Positions 34,810 through 44,445 are shown, counted from the stretch's first letter. The stretch: DNA of 55,279 nt from an uncultured Candidatus Saccharibacteria bacterium (GCA_964648985.1 CAZYMS010000008.1:1-55279), one strand, 5' to 3'. Translations and numbers: made by a program. The notes: generated by a model not told the origin, from the letters alone.

Positions 34810-35889
34810 ATGAAAAATACTAAGAAAACTACAAAAAAGAATATAGTTCCGCAAGATATATACGTAGAGTGCGAGGTGCTACGCGGCCTGAAAAGTTTTG
34901 CCGTAAAAGAGATTAAGCGACTGTTCGGGGACCACGTAAGCATTATTGCAGATACTGACGAAGAATCTGTAAAATGCTTTTTTGCTGGTGATGCGCGCAA
35001 GTTGCTGGGCCTCCGCACTGTCGTTGCGGTGTACGCTGGAGCAAATATGCGCATTCCGGGACCACAGGCGCTTGTTTTGCCGCATAATTTTCAGTACGTA
35101 ATAAGCTTAATTAAATTTGCAGAGAGTTTGCATGGCCCTCGCGCATTTACTTCTATACGGTTCAATGCAGCAGGGGACGATTCCCCGTTATTTAAAAAAT
35201 TAGGCAGTAAGATTTCTAAAGCAGCATCTCTCAAATATGACCCGCGTGATGGTGATCACATGCTGCGTATCCGCCCTACTGAGTATGGGGAGTGGGGGTG
35301 GGATGTGCTCGTCCGCCTTTCGCCGCGCCCACTTTCTGCGCGTGGGTGGCGAGTAGCGAATATGCCTGGTGCGGTCAACGCCACCATCGCAAGTGCCATG
35401 GTCACACTTACGAACCCACAGGCGAGTGATTCGTACATAAATCTTATGTGCGGTTCCGGTACATTGCTTATAGAACGTGCGCAGTTTGGAAAGCCAAAGA
35501 AAATTGTAGGCATAGATAGTAGTAGCAAGTCGCTTGCTATGGCGACCACAAACATGCAAGCCGCCGGCTTTGCAAAAGATATTGAGCTACAAAAAATGGA
35601 TGCAACTGCTCTACGTTTTCCCGATGCGTCTTTTAATAAAATAGTGGCAGATGTACCATGGGGGCAGCTTATAGGTACACATACAGAAAACAATGAACTC
35701 TATCCAGCGCTGCTTCGCGAGGCGGCGCGTATTGGAGAAGCATACGCGGATTTTATAGTTCTCACTCATGACATAGCGCGGTTTGAAACAATACTTCAAG
35801 TAAATTGTTTCGGATGGAAGGTAAAGGCCGTCTATCAAATTTCGCAAGGTGGAAAGCATCCAAAAATATATCATCTAAAAAAGTCTTAG
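34810..35889 (+). CDS. THUMP-domain RNA methyltransferase (UPF0020/Trm14-RlmL-like)
   Basis: LMCGSGTLLIE motif I, IVADVPWG (D/N-PP-Y/W-like motif IV), N-terminal THUMP-like region. Confidence 0.65.
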   Translation: MKNTKKTTKKNIVPQDIYVECEVLRGLKSFAVKEIKRLFGDHVSIIADTDEESVKCFFAGDARKLLGLRTVVAVYAGANMRIPGPQALVLPHNFQYVISLIKFAESLHGPRAFTSIRFNAAGDDSPLFKKLGSKISKAASLKYDPRDGDHMLRIRPTEYGEWGWDVLVRLSPRPLSARGWRVANMPGAVNATIASAMVTLTNPQASDSYINLMCGSGTLLIERAQFGKPKKIVGIDSSSKSLAMATTNMQAAGFAKDIELQKMDATALRFPDASFNKIVADVPWGQLIGTHTENNELYPALLREAARIGEAYADFIVLTHDIARFETILQVNCFGWKVKAVYQISQGGKHPKIYHLKKS

Positions 35890-35905
35890 TGTAATATAAA
35901 CCTCT

Positions 35906-36331
35906 ATGCTTGTACGCAACTATACTCCTACTGACTACGAAAACCTTAAGGCGTTGTATATGCAAGAAGGGCTGTATGGTGGCCAGTTCGATGCTGACAG
36001 AGACTCGGCAGAGCGGGTAAATGCTCTCAGTACCAAAGATCCAGAGTCTATTCTTGTATGCGAAGATGAAAACAAAATGGTAGGTACAGTATCCCTTATA
36101 GAAAATGGGCGAGTAGCATGGTTATTTCGGTTTGCTGTGGAAGAGGGAAGTGCTAGTGGCGAAGTGGTCTTAGCATTGTATGGTGCTGCGGTGCAGATAT
36201 TAAAAAGTAGAGGCCACACCCAAGTGCTCGTATATTCGCCGGTTGATAATCAAATGTTAGATGATCGTTACGAAAAAAGCCTAGGTTTCACCAAAGGTAA
36301 TAACTATATCTGTTTTTGGAAGCAACTATAA
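35906..36331 (+). CDS. GNAT-family N-acetyltransferase
   Basis: About 140 aa with the MVGTVSL...FRFAV...GEVVLALYGAAVQILKSRG pattern of the acetyl-CoA binding core. Confidence 0.6.
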   Translation: MLVRNYTPTDYENLKALYMQEGLYGGQFDADRDSAERVNALSTKDPESILVCEDENKMVGTVSLIENGRVAWLFRFAVEEGSASGEVVLALYGAAVQILKSRGHTQVLVYSPVDNQMLDDRYEKSLGFTKGNNYICFWKQL

Positions 36332-36368
36332 CCTTTCCACACTTTTCACCCCATTAACATCCCTCTCT

Positions 36369-36408
36369 AAAGACAGCACTGTTCGCGGCCGCGAACAGTG
36401 CTGTCTTT
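36369..36408. repeat. 40-bp perfect palindrome, family copy b
   Basis: AAAGACAGCACTGTTCGCGG|CCGCGAACAGTGCTGTCTTT. Differs from the other copies at paired positions in both arms. Confidence 0.9.
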
Positions 36409-36543
36409 ATATCATGGTTTTTAGTTTCTATTGTTGCTTATTCATAATACGTTTGAGCTATATAAATGCAAAAACAGGGCGGCCAGGAGAGTATGCGCCC
36501 TGTTTTATGCTTAGTGACAGTTTTGTATGGCGCTGGGTGCGCC

Positions 36544-37740
36544 CTACAGGTTATTGAGTGGTTGGCAAAAGTTGGGGAGTCCTACAGGTTGGGGGAAGTA
36601 TTTGTCTTTAACTTCCAGCGCGCACGCTGCGTCGAACTTAAGCAGTCCTCCAACGATGAATCGTGGATCCCAAGTATTAAGGATAATCTGCACTCCCCGA
36701 GCGGATTCAAAGTGGAGAGCAGTTCCCACTCCTGTAAAGACGTTACTGCTAACAATTACATCTTCACCTGCCCCCAAACACTCAAAGGCATATAGTGCAC
36801 CTTTACCGCCAATTTGGTTGCTAGAAACCACAACTCCCTGTACGTAGCCACCAACACCAATGCGGATTGGGATAACACTAACTCCATCGCTATTCTCAAA
36901 ATAGCAGTGTGTTATCGAGCTGGCTATAAGGGTTTTTGCCCAGATACCACCTCGGACATTACCCTCAATGCCGTTGTAAGCAATGTGAATGTTGTTAATG
37001 GGATAGCTTCCGTCTGGGGCTATCACGTTAATGCCGAGACCGTTACCGCTGATGTGATTACCAGCGATCTTGAGAACGGCGGCCCCGTACTTGCCATTGA
37101 TACGTATGCCATCACCTGGACATTGCCAGATGTAGTTATTGTCTATCGCTATTATTGCACTGTTTGCCTCTTTAATTGCTGTAGGGGTCACAAACGGCTC
37201 CCCAATAATCTGGATCCCCGCCGTTTTAAACCCTCGCCCGATTTTGCCAAATTCATCGTTAATACGTATGCCGCTGATCGTGGCTTGGTATGTATTGATG
37301 AATTGTATGCCAACCTGCGCAGTGGCTCCGCCGGCAAGTGTAAATCCAGTCAGGGTGATGTTGGAGTAGGTCGATTCTTCCGTGAGGCGTTTGTATTCCA
37401 TGGCGACGTCGTCTCCGGTGTAGAAAAGAATCGAGTCTTCGACGCCAACGCCAATGATGGATCCGCCTTTCCGCAGTCTTAACTTACCATTGTAAACAAA
37501 TTTGCCTTTTGGCAGTAATACCAGTGGGGCGGCATCTATTGCGCGTTGTAATGCGATGGCATTTTTTTCCGCATCTCCAGCATCACCCACTGTAACACCA
37601 CACTCGCTGGCGATCACTGCTGATGAGCCTTGCGCGCAACGCCAACCGAGTAGGCCTCGGCTTTGGGCCTCAGCATTAATTCCATTAGCTGCCATAAAAA
37701 AAGGCAGTGCCAATAACAAAACTGTCAATCTCAGTTTCAT
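36544..37740 (-). CDS. secreted right-handed parallel beta-helix (pectate-lyase-fold) protein
   Basis: Signal peptide MKLRLTVLLLALPFFMAANGINA. Repeated G-x-I/V-x-N-x turns (NVIAPDG, GNHISGNG, IAYNGIEGN). GGAG RBS 6 nt before the ATG at 37740. Confidence 0.65.
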   Translation of the reverse strand: MKLRLTVLLLALPFFMAANGINAEAQSRGLLGWRCAQGSSAVIASECGVTVGDAGDAEKNAIALQRAIDAAPLVLLPKGKFVYNGKLRLRKGGSIIGVGVEDSILFYTGDDVAMEYKRLTEESTYSNITLTGFTLAGGATAQVGIQFINTYQATISGIRINDEFGKIGRGFKTAGIQIIGEPFVTPTAIKEANSAIIAIDNNYIWQCPGDGIRINGKYGAAVLKIAGNHISGNGLGINVIAPDGSYPINNIHIAYNGIEGNVRGGIWAKTLIASSITHCYFENSDGVSVIPIRIGVGGYVQGVVVSSNQIGGKGALYAFECLGAGEDVIVSSNVFTGVGTALHFESARGVQIILNTWDPRFIVGGLLKFDAACALEVKDKYFPQPVGLPNFCQPLNNL

Positions 37741-37977
37741 TCGCATCTCCTGTGATTTTTTCAGACCAATTTCAATCCTTTTTCTAACACCATAGAGGAG
37801 CCAATTGCTCCTAAAGACAGTAGATTTTGATGGATTGCATACCCTACTCGGCAACCCACCATGGGCAATTAGAAAACATTTACGTTACCATATATACTTC
37901 TCAATGTCAATAGAAGTAAGCGGTATATATTATTTAAGTAACCTCCTCTATTTTTAAAGTCTTTACTATCTGTTTTT

Positions 37978-38017
37978 AAAGACAACACTTTTCGCGGCCG
38001 CGAAAAGTGTTGACTTT
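37978..38017. repeat. 40-bp palindrome, family copy c (one mismatch)
   Basis: AAAGACAACACTTTTCGCGG|CCGCGAAAAGTGTTGACTTT. Confidence 0.9.
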
Positions 38018-38036
38018 CAGCTTTTTTGGTAGATAA

Positions 38037-39029
38037 CTAGCGGCTATATTGTACGGCCTGTTTGAAGGCTTTAAGGGATTCTAGGTCTGACTCCACTCTC
38101 CAGTCCTGCTCTTTTTTAAAGTTAAACCATATCCACCCTACTATGTGCGGGTCAGTTTGAATGCGGGAGAATGCATCATGCATCCACGCAGCTTTTTTTG
38201 GTCCTGCAGCAGAGGCAAAGCTGGTTATGAGTATGGGCCGGTTGAACTTTTTCAGTTCAGCAAGAGAGGCGTTGAATGCCTCTGAGTAACTTTGCCAGGG
38301 ATCGCCCCAGTTAAAACCATCCAGTCCTACATAGTCCACTACGTCATGGCCTGGAAAATAATCTTTTATAACATCTACTGGCTCATTGTTTACCACCCAC
38401 GCAAATTTTACCTTATTGTTGTATACGCTTGGCTCGTGAAAAATATTCCAGACTTTTCTGTAGGCCATTTTATATTTGTCCGGAGTATTTTCGTACAACC
38501 CTTGGCCAGTAGGAGTCCAGTCGCCATTCATTTCGGAAAATGGTACGAATATAACGGGCGCAGTGTAGGTGTGCATCTCTGTCGCAAGGTCACGGATTTT
38601 TTGGTCCCACTGTCCGCTGTTTATGGCATCGTCAGAAAATTCAGGCTGATTAGCCGGTTCACGATTATAGTCCATTGCTTCCCAAAATACAACCAGAGTT
38701 TTTCCATGATCCGCCAGAGGTCGGGCAAGTTCCGAAGGGAATGCGTTCCCATTTCCTAAGTGGATAAATGTTCCCTGATATGTTGCTTGTTTGCCCGTAA
38801 GAAGTTCGAACTTGCTCAATGTTTTATCCGTGTCTATCGTAACGCCCCAATGTTTGGCGGGAAGCGGTGATCCTTGGGTGCTAAGGCTTAATACGCAAAA
38901 CGCAAAAACAGACACTGCTTTTTGTAGACGGTGTCTTCGGGTGGATGGGATACCAGTGCGGATGGTGCGAACGTGTATACGCATGAATGCTATGAACATA
39001 AAAGTACTATAAATAAGCCGGATTGTCAA
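38037..39029 (-). CDS. glycoside hydrolase family 26-like (mannanase-type) secreted enzyme
   Basis: VIFVPFSEMNGDWTPTG (HEMNG-W-like), FAWVVNNEP, VDYVGLDGFNWG. Start codon uncertain. Confidence 0.6.
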   Translation of the reverse strand: MTIRLIYSTFMFIAFMRIHVRTIRTGIPSTRRHRLQKAVSVFAFCVLSLSTQGSPLPAKHWGVTIDTDKTLSKFELLTGKQATYQGTFIHLGNGNAFPSELARPLADHGKTLVVFWEAMDYNREPANQPEFSDDAINSGQWDQKIRDLATEMHTYTAPVIFVPFSEMNGDWTPTGQGLYENTPDKYKMAYRKVWNIFHEPSVYNNKVKFAWVVNNEPVDVIKDYFPGHDVVDYVGLDGFNWGDPWQSYSEAFNASLAELKKFNRPILITSFASAAGPKKAAWMHDAFSRIQTDPHIVGWIWFNFKKEQDWRVESDLESLKAFKQAVQYSR

Positions 39030-39099
39030 AAAAGTAACCCATATTTTGACAATGGATTATATTGATATATACTTTACATATCAAGTAATATACAACTAC

Positions 39100-39519
39100 A
39101 TGCAACAAGAAAATACGAGCATAGAATTTTTGCTCGCACTCGCAAAATTTGAGGCAATTATATCTCGCAAGCTCGATGCGCGCCTCGGGGGCATTGGCTT
39201 TACGGAATTTCAAATCCTATATCATTTGAGTCTGGCAGAAAATGAGAAGATGCGGCGCGTAGACCTTGCAGAGAATATTGGCCTAACTGCATCAGGTATA
39301 ACGAGGCTGCTCTTGCCCATGGAGAAAATTGGCCTGATTAAAAAGCAAGCAGATGAAACAGATGCACGAGTGAGTTATGTCATCCTTGCCAAGGGTGGGA
39401 AGCAGAAACTCGTAGATGGCATGGAACGTGCGGAGTTGTTCGTGGAAGATACATTACCAACGTTATTAGATGTAAAAAAGCTTCAAGATTTGTTAAAAAT
39501 ATTACGCACAGCCGTTTAG
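39100..39519 (+). CDS. MarR-family transcriptional regulator
   Basis: FQILYHLSLAENEKMRRVDLAENIGLTASGITRLLLPMEKIGLIKK is a winged-HTH. Divergent from the GH26 gene. Confidence 0.8.
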   Translation: MQQENTSIEFLLALAKFEAIISRKLDARLGGIGFTEFQILYHLSLAENEKMRRVDLAENIGLTASGITRLLLPMEKIGLIKKQADETDARVSYVILAKGGKQKLVDGMERAELFVEDTLPTLLDVKKLQDLLKILRTAV

Positions 39520-39576
39520 TGCTCCCGTCTCAATTCAGTAGCGGCGTTGCCTCACGTTTTATGCTAGTATGCTTAC

Positions 39577-40449
39577 ATGATAGACTTGCACACGCATTCA
39601 ACTGTTTCAGACGGTGAATTTTCTCCCGAAGAGTTAGTAGATATGGCAAAAGCGGCTGGCCTTACCACGTTTGCGGTAAGTGATCATGATACGCTGGAGG
39701 GTTCAAGGCGTGCCATATTGCGAGGCAAAGAAATAGGTGTACACGTTATTCCTGCGGTAGAAATTAGTACTGCACTCAGTGGTAAAGTACTTCATATTCT
39801 TGGTTATTATGTAGACATAGATAACGAACCGCTTACTAAAACCTTGCGGGATATATGCGAGTATCGTATCCAGCGGGCAAAGTTCTTAGTGGAGAATACT
39901 AATAAAGAGCTCCTGACCTTAGGTAGAACGCCTATGGACTTAGAGTATGTCCTCCGAATAGGAAAAGAAAAGCCCATTACGCGTTCCGACATTGCTCAGT
40001 ACTTAATAGACCTCGGGCATGTAACAACAAAGCAAGAAGCGTTTGATCGATGGCTTGAAAAATATAACGTTCCGAATAAAGATTTGTCTGTGGAAGAAAC
40101 CATTCAGCTTATACATGGTGCTGGTGGAGTAGCAGTGCTGGCACACCCAAATTCAAAGTTTTTATCTCTCTGGCATATTTCAAATGATTTTGCGGATATA
40201 ACACATATGTTGAGCACCATGAAAGCACAGGGCTTGGACGGCGTAGAGGTGTATCGAACCGAACACAGTGCTGAAGACAGGCAGCGATATATGGCCCTTG
40301 CTCAGTCGCTTGGTCTGGCGCTTTCCGGTGGTTCAGACTTTCACGGTCCGCATAATCAAACAAGTCCGGAAAGAATTGCTGCAATAGATGTGCCTAATAG
40401 TGTGGCAGAGGTCTTAGAAACCGTAAGTACTAAGTATAAACACGTATGA
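39577..40449 (+). CDS. PHP-domain phosphoesterase (TrpH/YciV-like)
   Basis: MIDLHTHSTVSDG, AVSDHDT, AHP and GGSDFHG motifs. Confidence 0.85.
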   Translation: MIDLHTHSTVSDGEFSPEELVDMAKAAGLTTFAVSDHDTLEGSRRAILRGKEIGVHVIPAVEISTALSGKVLHILGYYVDIDNEPLTKTLRDICEYRIQRAKFLVENTNKELLTLGRTPMDLEYVLRIGKEKPITRSDIAQYLIDLGHVTTKQEAFDRWLEKYNVPNKDLSVEETIQLIHGAGGVAVLAHPNSKFLSLWHISNDFADITHMLSTMKAQGLDGVEVYRTEHSAEDRQRYMALAQSLGLALSGGSDFHGPHNQTSPERIAAIDVPNSVAEVLETVSTKYKHV

Positions 40450-40913
40450 ACGATCGATATATAGTCACGGGCATTGTCCAGCATGGAGATATGGTTGTGG
40501 TGGGTAAAAAGGCTAAGGGGCAGCCGCCATATCCCGATGTATGGCACACGCCAGGTGGGGGCATAGAAAATACAGATCTAGCAAAAGAGCTGTATGAAAA
40601 AGGGGATTTTGATAATGAGTATTTCCACACAGAACTTCAGCGGGAAATTCGTGAGGAGTTGAATATAGAAATCACCAACATTCGTAATATTGTACCAGGC
40701 GCGCGTACTACGCCAAGGCAGGGTGATGCGCAAAATAAAAGCGGAGAACAAACGCACTATTATTTTCTAGAATATTTTTGCGACTATGTAGGGGGTGAGC
40801 TGGAGCCTGGCGATGACTTAGCAGAGGTGCGGTGGGTGCACAAAGAAGATTTGACCAATATTCAACTTACGCCGCCCAGTTTAGAAATGTATAAAGAGCT
40901 TGGGTGGATATAA
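40446..40913 (+). CDS. NUDIX hydrolase
   Basis: GGGIE...ELQREIREELNIE Nudix box. 4-nt overlap with the PHP gene. Confidence 0.75.
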   Translation: MNDRYIVTGIVQHGDMVVVGKKAKGQPPYPDVWHTPGGGIENTDLAKELYEKGDFDNEYFHTELQREIREELNIEITNIRNIVPGARTTPRQGDAQNKSGEQTHYYFLEYFCDYVGGELEPGDDLAEVRWVHKEDLTNIQLTPPSLEMYKELGWI

Positions 40914-40956
40914 TTAATTAGTAGTAAGAAGTAGGTAGTAAGCAGAAAAAACATCC

Positions 40957-41355
40957 ATGACGCACGCAGAGCCACCAAAAATATTGACGGATGCAGGGCT
41001 CTCTATGTTTGTAGATGTGGTTAAACTGCGAGAGTTGTTGTTGCCAATTGTAGAAATAGAAATGGAAAAACTGCTATGGCATTTTGATATGCCGGTATGG
41101 GCCAAAGATGGCACAGAAGATTGGAACCTAACCCCGTGGCAAGTGATAAAAAAAGAACAGGATAGTAGTACTCATCAAAAGCGCGTCTTAGATGCTAATA
41201 CGCGGTATCCCATTGTGCTTACAGAATATAATGGAAAACTCGTAGCTTTGGACGGCGTGCACCGCATGGCGAAAATATATATGCAGGGCGGTACAAAAAT
41301 TGCTGCAAAGATAATTCCCCCAGAGTATCTATCAAAGCCCCAATTTCTAACATAA
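40957..41355 (+). CDS. hypothetical protein with ParB/Srx-like DGxHR motif
   Basis: KLVALDGVHRMAKIY resembles the ParB-like nuclease/NTP-binding motif. Confidence 0.4.
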   Translation: MTHAEPPKILTDAGLSMFVDVVKLRELLLPIVEIEMEKLLWHFDMPVWAKDGTEDWNLTPWQVIKKEQDSSTHQKRVLDANTRYPIVLTEYNGKLVALDGVHRMAKIYMQGGTKIAAKIIPPEYLSKPQFLT

Positions 41356-41384
41356 ATACAATCTTCCTATATCAGCTATTATAC

Positions 41385-41424
41385 AAAGACAACACTTTTT
41401 GTGGCCACAAAAAGTGTTGTCTTT
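41385..41424. repeat. 40-bp perfect palindrome, family copy d
   Basis: AAAGACAACACTTTTTGTGG|CCACAAAAAGTGTTGTCTTT. Confidence 0.9.
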
Positions 41425-41445
41425 AGGTTGGGGATATAAAATGGC

Positions 41446-41820
41446 TTACGAAAGCAAAGCCATTATTCTATCATGTAATTGTTTTACCACTGGGTCGCTT
41501 TGGAGCGCTTGGGAGTAATTTGTTGTGAATGCATCCGTCTCATTGGTCTCTGAAAGTAGTTTATTTGTGTATCTGGCTATAGAGACAAGTTTTTCATCCG
41601 ACACTACTTCTTTACTTTCTAGTATTTCATCTATGCTTACCACTAGTGCGCTCAGGGTTCTGAGCCAAGCAAAACTTGGATCACCAACCACTACATTATA
41701 GAAATGATTTGGGTTCTGCATGGGCCCAGAATCTTTTTCGTATATGTGTTTTTGATACTCCAAAAGAGCCTTATGCAGTTGCAGTAAGTGTTCGCGGACT
41801 TCAGATAAATTTGTATGCAT
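41446..41820 (-). CDS. hypothetical protein (124 aa, helical)
   Basis: Clean ORF convergent with the previous gene. No motif recognised. Confidence 0.5.
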   Translation of the reverse strand: MHTNLSEVREHLLQLHKALLEYQKHIYEKDSGPMQNPNHFYNVVVGDPSFAWLRTLSALVVSIDEILESKEVVSDEKLVSIARYTNKLLSETNETDAFTTNYSQALQSDPVVKQLHDRIMALLS

Positions 41821-42028
41821 TAAAGTGTATATAAACTATATATTGCTAGTATACCTTTAGTTCCTGCATGATACAATACATATATAGTATTAATGCCTTG
41901 AACATTGTGAAGGAAAAGGCGAGCGGTCCCTGGACAGTCCGGGGCGCCTGGACCGTTGCAGCAGTGTTAATTATAACCGGTGTAAGCACGTATGCGGGTT
42001 TTTTATTTGTCTTTTTTATATCTATCCT

Positions 42029-43498
42029 ATGTTGTTTAAGAACGAATCACCATGGCTTCATCAGCTGGTACGCACGCGAATAGCAGAGCCGCTTAGTAAA
42101 GACGCCAGTACAGACGTAGCTATAATTGGCGGCGGCATTGCCGGTATTGCGACCGCATATTTTACACTGAGATATACACACAAAAAGGTGCTTCTCGTAG
42201 AAGCAGGTAATGTAGCCCACGGTGCCACCGGGCACAATGGGGGCTTTTTAGCTACCTATTTTGAACGCAGTTTTAAAAGTTTGGTACAAGAATTCGGTAT
42301 AAACATGGCAGCAGAGGGGCAACGAGATGTAGAGTCTGCGTGGGAGTTACTAGCTGAAATACGAAGAGAGGCACAGCTGAAGACTCCCCTATGGCAATTT
42401 ACCGGTTATGCAGCGCTCCCCACCTCTGAGGAATTTTTATTACATCTTCGTAATAATGCGCTTAGAGAAAAAGCCGGACTGCTCGTGCCTAAAATCCTTG
42501 TTTCAGAAGAATGGAAAGGCTTAAGTAATATTCCCGGAATATATAAACATCTCTACAGTCTTGTATCTAAAACAGATTTGCTCTCACTCATAGAGTCAAG
42601 GGATGAGGAGTACTTTGCAGCACTTCCTGAACAAAAAGGGTGCATGAATAGTGCGGCCTTTTGCGAGGAGTTGGTCGGCTTCTTGCTTGCTCGCTATGAA
42701 GGTAGGTTTACGCTTACAGAACAAACACCTATTGTTCGCCTTGTGCTCGAAGATGGTAAGGCTTTACTCCATACCGATAAGCACCTAAGAGTTACTGCAA
42801 GTCATGTGGTGCTCTGTACGAATGGTTTTGAAAACATTAAAATAGTTAATAAAACCGGGGATAACATAAATAAAAAGTTTCACTACTTGGTTCGCGGCAT
42901 CGTGGGCTACATGGCAGGATATGTAGAAGAGTCCGCTAAGCCTGCGGCAGAAATTAGTTATCTTTCCAAGTCGGTATTACACCGAGGCGATGTGTATGCC
43001 GAAGACCCATACTTTTATCTTACTCGCAGGCCATACGCAACCGAAGGTACAGAGAGTAGTCTTATTAGCATAGGTGGTCCTGAGGCGCTTATGGACGATA
43101 CGAACAACTATACCGTAGACCATGAGTTTCCAGGCGAAGCACGAGAGCAGATAGATAACTTCCTTCGTTATACTTATAAGCATGGTCATGACGATGCCAT
43201 TGAGTATAGGTTTCTCTGGCATGGCCTTATGGGCTTTACCCCCAATGGAGTGCGTCTCATAGGCTTTGAACCGCTCAACCCCGTACTACTCTATAACCTT
43301 GGCTGTAATGGTGTAGGGCTCATGCCATCCATTTTTGGTGGTAGAAGAATTTCCCGGCTGCTCGCGGGAGAGCAATTACCACTCTCTATGTTCGATCCAA
43401 AAGATTTGCGCCGTAGTAGTAAGAAGCGGGTGGTGGCCCTTCGTAAAATGAGATATCTAAGTCGGCATGGGGTAACGCTTAAAAATAAAGCAAAGTAA
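42029..43498 (+). CDS. FAD-dependent oxidoreductase (DAO family)
   Basis: DVAIIGGGIAGIATAY dinucleotide-binding motif, about 490 aa. Confidence 0.75.
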   Translation: MLFKNESPWLHQLVRTRIAEPLSKDASTDVAIIGGGIAGIATAYFTLRYTHKKVLLVEAGNVAHGATGHNGGFLATYFERSFKSLVQEFGINMAAEGQRDVESAWELLAEIRREAQLKTPLWQFTGYAALPTSEEFLLHLRNNALREKAGLLVPKILVSEEWKGLSNIPGIYKHLYSLVSKTDLLSLIESRDEEYFAALPEQKGCMNSAAFCEELVGFLLARYEGRFTLTEQTPIVRLVLEDGKALLHTDKHLRVTASHVVLCTNGFENIKIVNKTGDNINKKFHYLVRGIVGYMAGYVEESAKPAAEISYLSKSVLHRGDVYAEDPYFYLTRRPYATEGTESSLISIGGPEALMDDTNNYTVDHEFPGEAREQIDNFLRYTYKHGHDDAIEYRFLWHGLMGFTPNGVRLIGFEPLNPVLLYNLGCNGVGLMPSIFGGRRISRLLAGEQLPLSMFDPKDLRRSSKKRVVALRKMRYLSRHGVTLKNKAK

Positions 43499-43584
43499 AA
43501 AATAGAGCATATACACGTGGTATAATATTCCTACGTTAATATTCTAGAGGTGTGCTTTAGCGCGCTGCCTTCACCGTAGATTGC

Positions 43585-44445
43585 ATGGCATTTTATAAGC
43601 AATATAAACCTCGTACTTTCGACCCGACAAGTAGTGAGGCGTTTAAGGTTTCCCGCAGTAAGATAGATTTCTTCCTAGACTGTCCGCGGTGTTTTTATAT
43701 TGAGGCACGACATGGAGTTAAGCGGCCAAGTATGCCTAGCTTCACGCTAAACATTGCGGTGGACACACTTTTGAAAAAGGAGTTTGATGCGCATCGCGCT
43801 GCGGGTACACACCACCCACTGTTGGAACAGTATGGCCTGGACTTAGTGCCGTTTCGTCATACGCAAATGGACACATGGCGGGAAAACTTTGTGGGGGTGC
43901 AAACGCTTCATCAAAAAACTAATTTGCTTGTATTCGGTGCAGTGGATGACATATGGGTAGATGGGGCCGGTATGCTCTATGTGGTTGATTATAAAGCCAC
44001 AAGTAAGGATACACCGGTCACACGTTTGGACGACACTAAATGGCATAATCAATATCGCAGACAAATGGAGGTGTACCAGTGGCTTCTGCGCCAGAATGGA
44101 TTCAATGTTTCTAATACTGGCTACTTTGTCTACGTGAACGGTAAAAAAGATAATAAAGCCTTTGACGCAAAGCTTGAATTCGATGTAAATCTGATTCCAT
44201 ACATGGGTTCAGATGCCTGGATAGAGCAAACCCTCCCAAACCTTAAACAATGTCTCATGGGGCCCCTTCCTGACTATGGTGAAGAGTGTGAATTTTGTAT
44301 ATATCGAAAAAGTATGGCAGAGCTTGAAAGTGCTAAGCAGATTGCTGTGCCAATCCCTCCGGCCATAACCGCAAAGACCATATCAAAACCAAAAGTGCCA
44401 AAAACCCCCAAGATTAGTATGCAGCAAAACCAGCCATTATTTTAG
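43585..44445 (+). CDS. PD-(D/E)XK nuclease superfamily protein with Cys clusters
   Basis: GAVDDIW ... VVDYKAT core (D...D/ExK). CPRC near the N-terminus and C-x15-C-x2-C near the C-terminus. Confidence 0.55.
   Translation: MAFYKQYKPRTFDPTSSEAFKVSRSKIDFFLDCPRCFYIEARHGVKRPSMPSFTLNIAVDTLLKKEFDAHRAAGTHHPLLEQYGLDLVPFRHTQMDTWRENFVGVQTLHQKTNLLVFGAVDDIWVDGAGMLYVVDYKATSKDTPVTRLDDTKWHNQYRRQMEVYQWLLRQNGFNVSNTGYFVYVNGKKDNKAFDAKLEFDVNLIPYMGSDAWIEQTLPNLKQCLMGPLPDYGEECEFCIYRKSMAELESAKQIAVPIPPAITAKTISKPKVPKTPKISMQQNQPLF

Noticed and set aside
34676-41424. The 40-bp palindromes as terminal inverted repeats of an insertion sequence or MITE, or merely NotI-like restriction sites.
   Set aside because: Each copy is self-complementary rather than one end of a pair. 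No transposase or target-site duplication is visible. Two of the four copies lack the GCGGCCGC core. They are treated instead as a REP-like or terminator hairpin family.
41868-42083. 71-aa ORF and GC-rich structured segment (CGGTCC...GGACCG) upstream of the FAD oxidoreductase. Considered as a riboswitch (for example glycine) or as SRP/4.5S RNA.
   Set aside because: I could not match the glycine-riboswitch core or the SRP domain IV GGAA-tetraloop/AGCA motif on either strand. The ORF overlaps the oxidoreductase start and has no RBS. Left unannotated.
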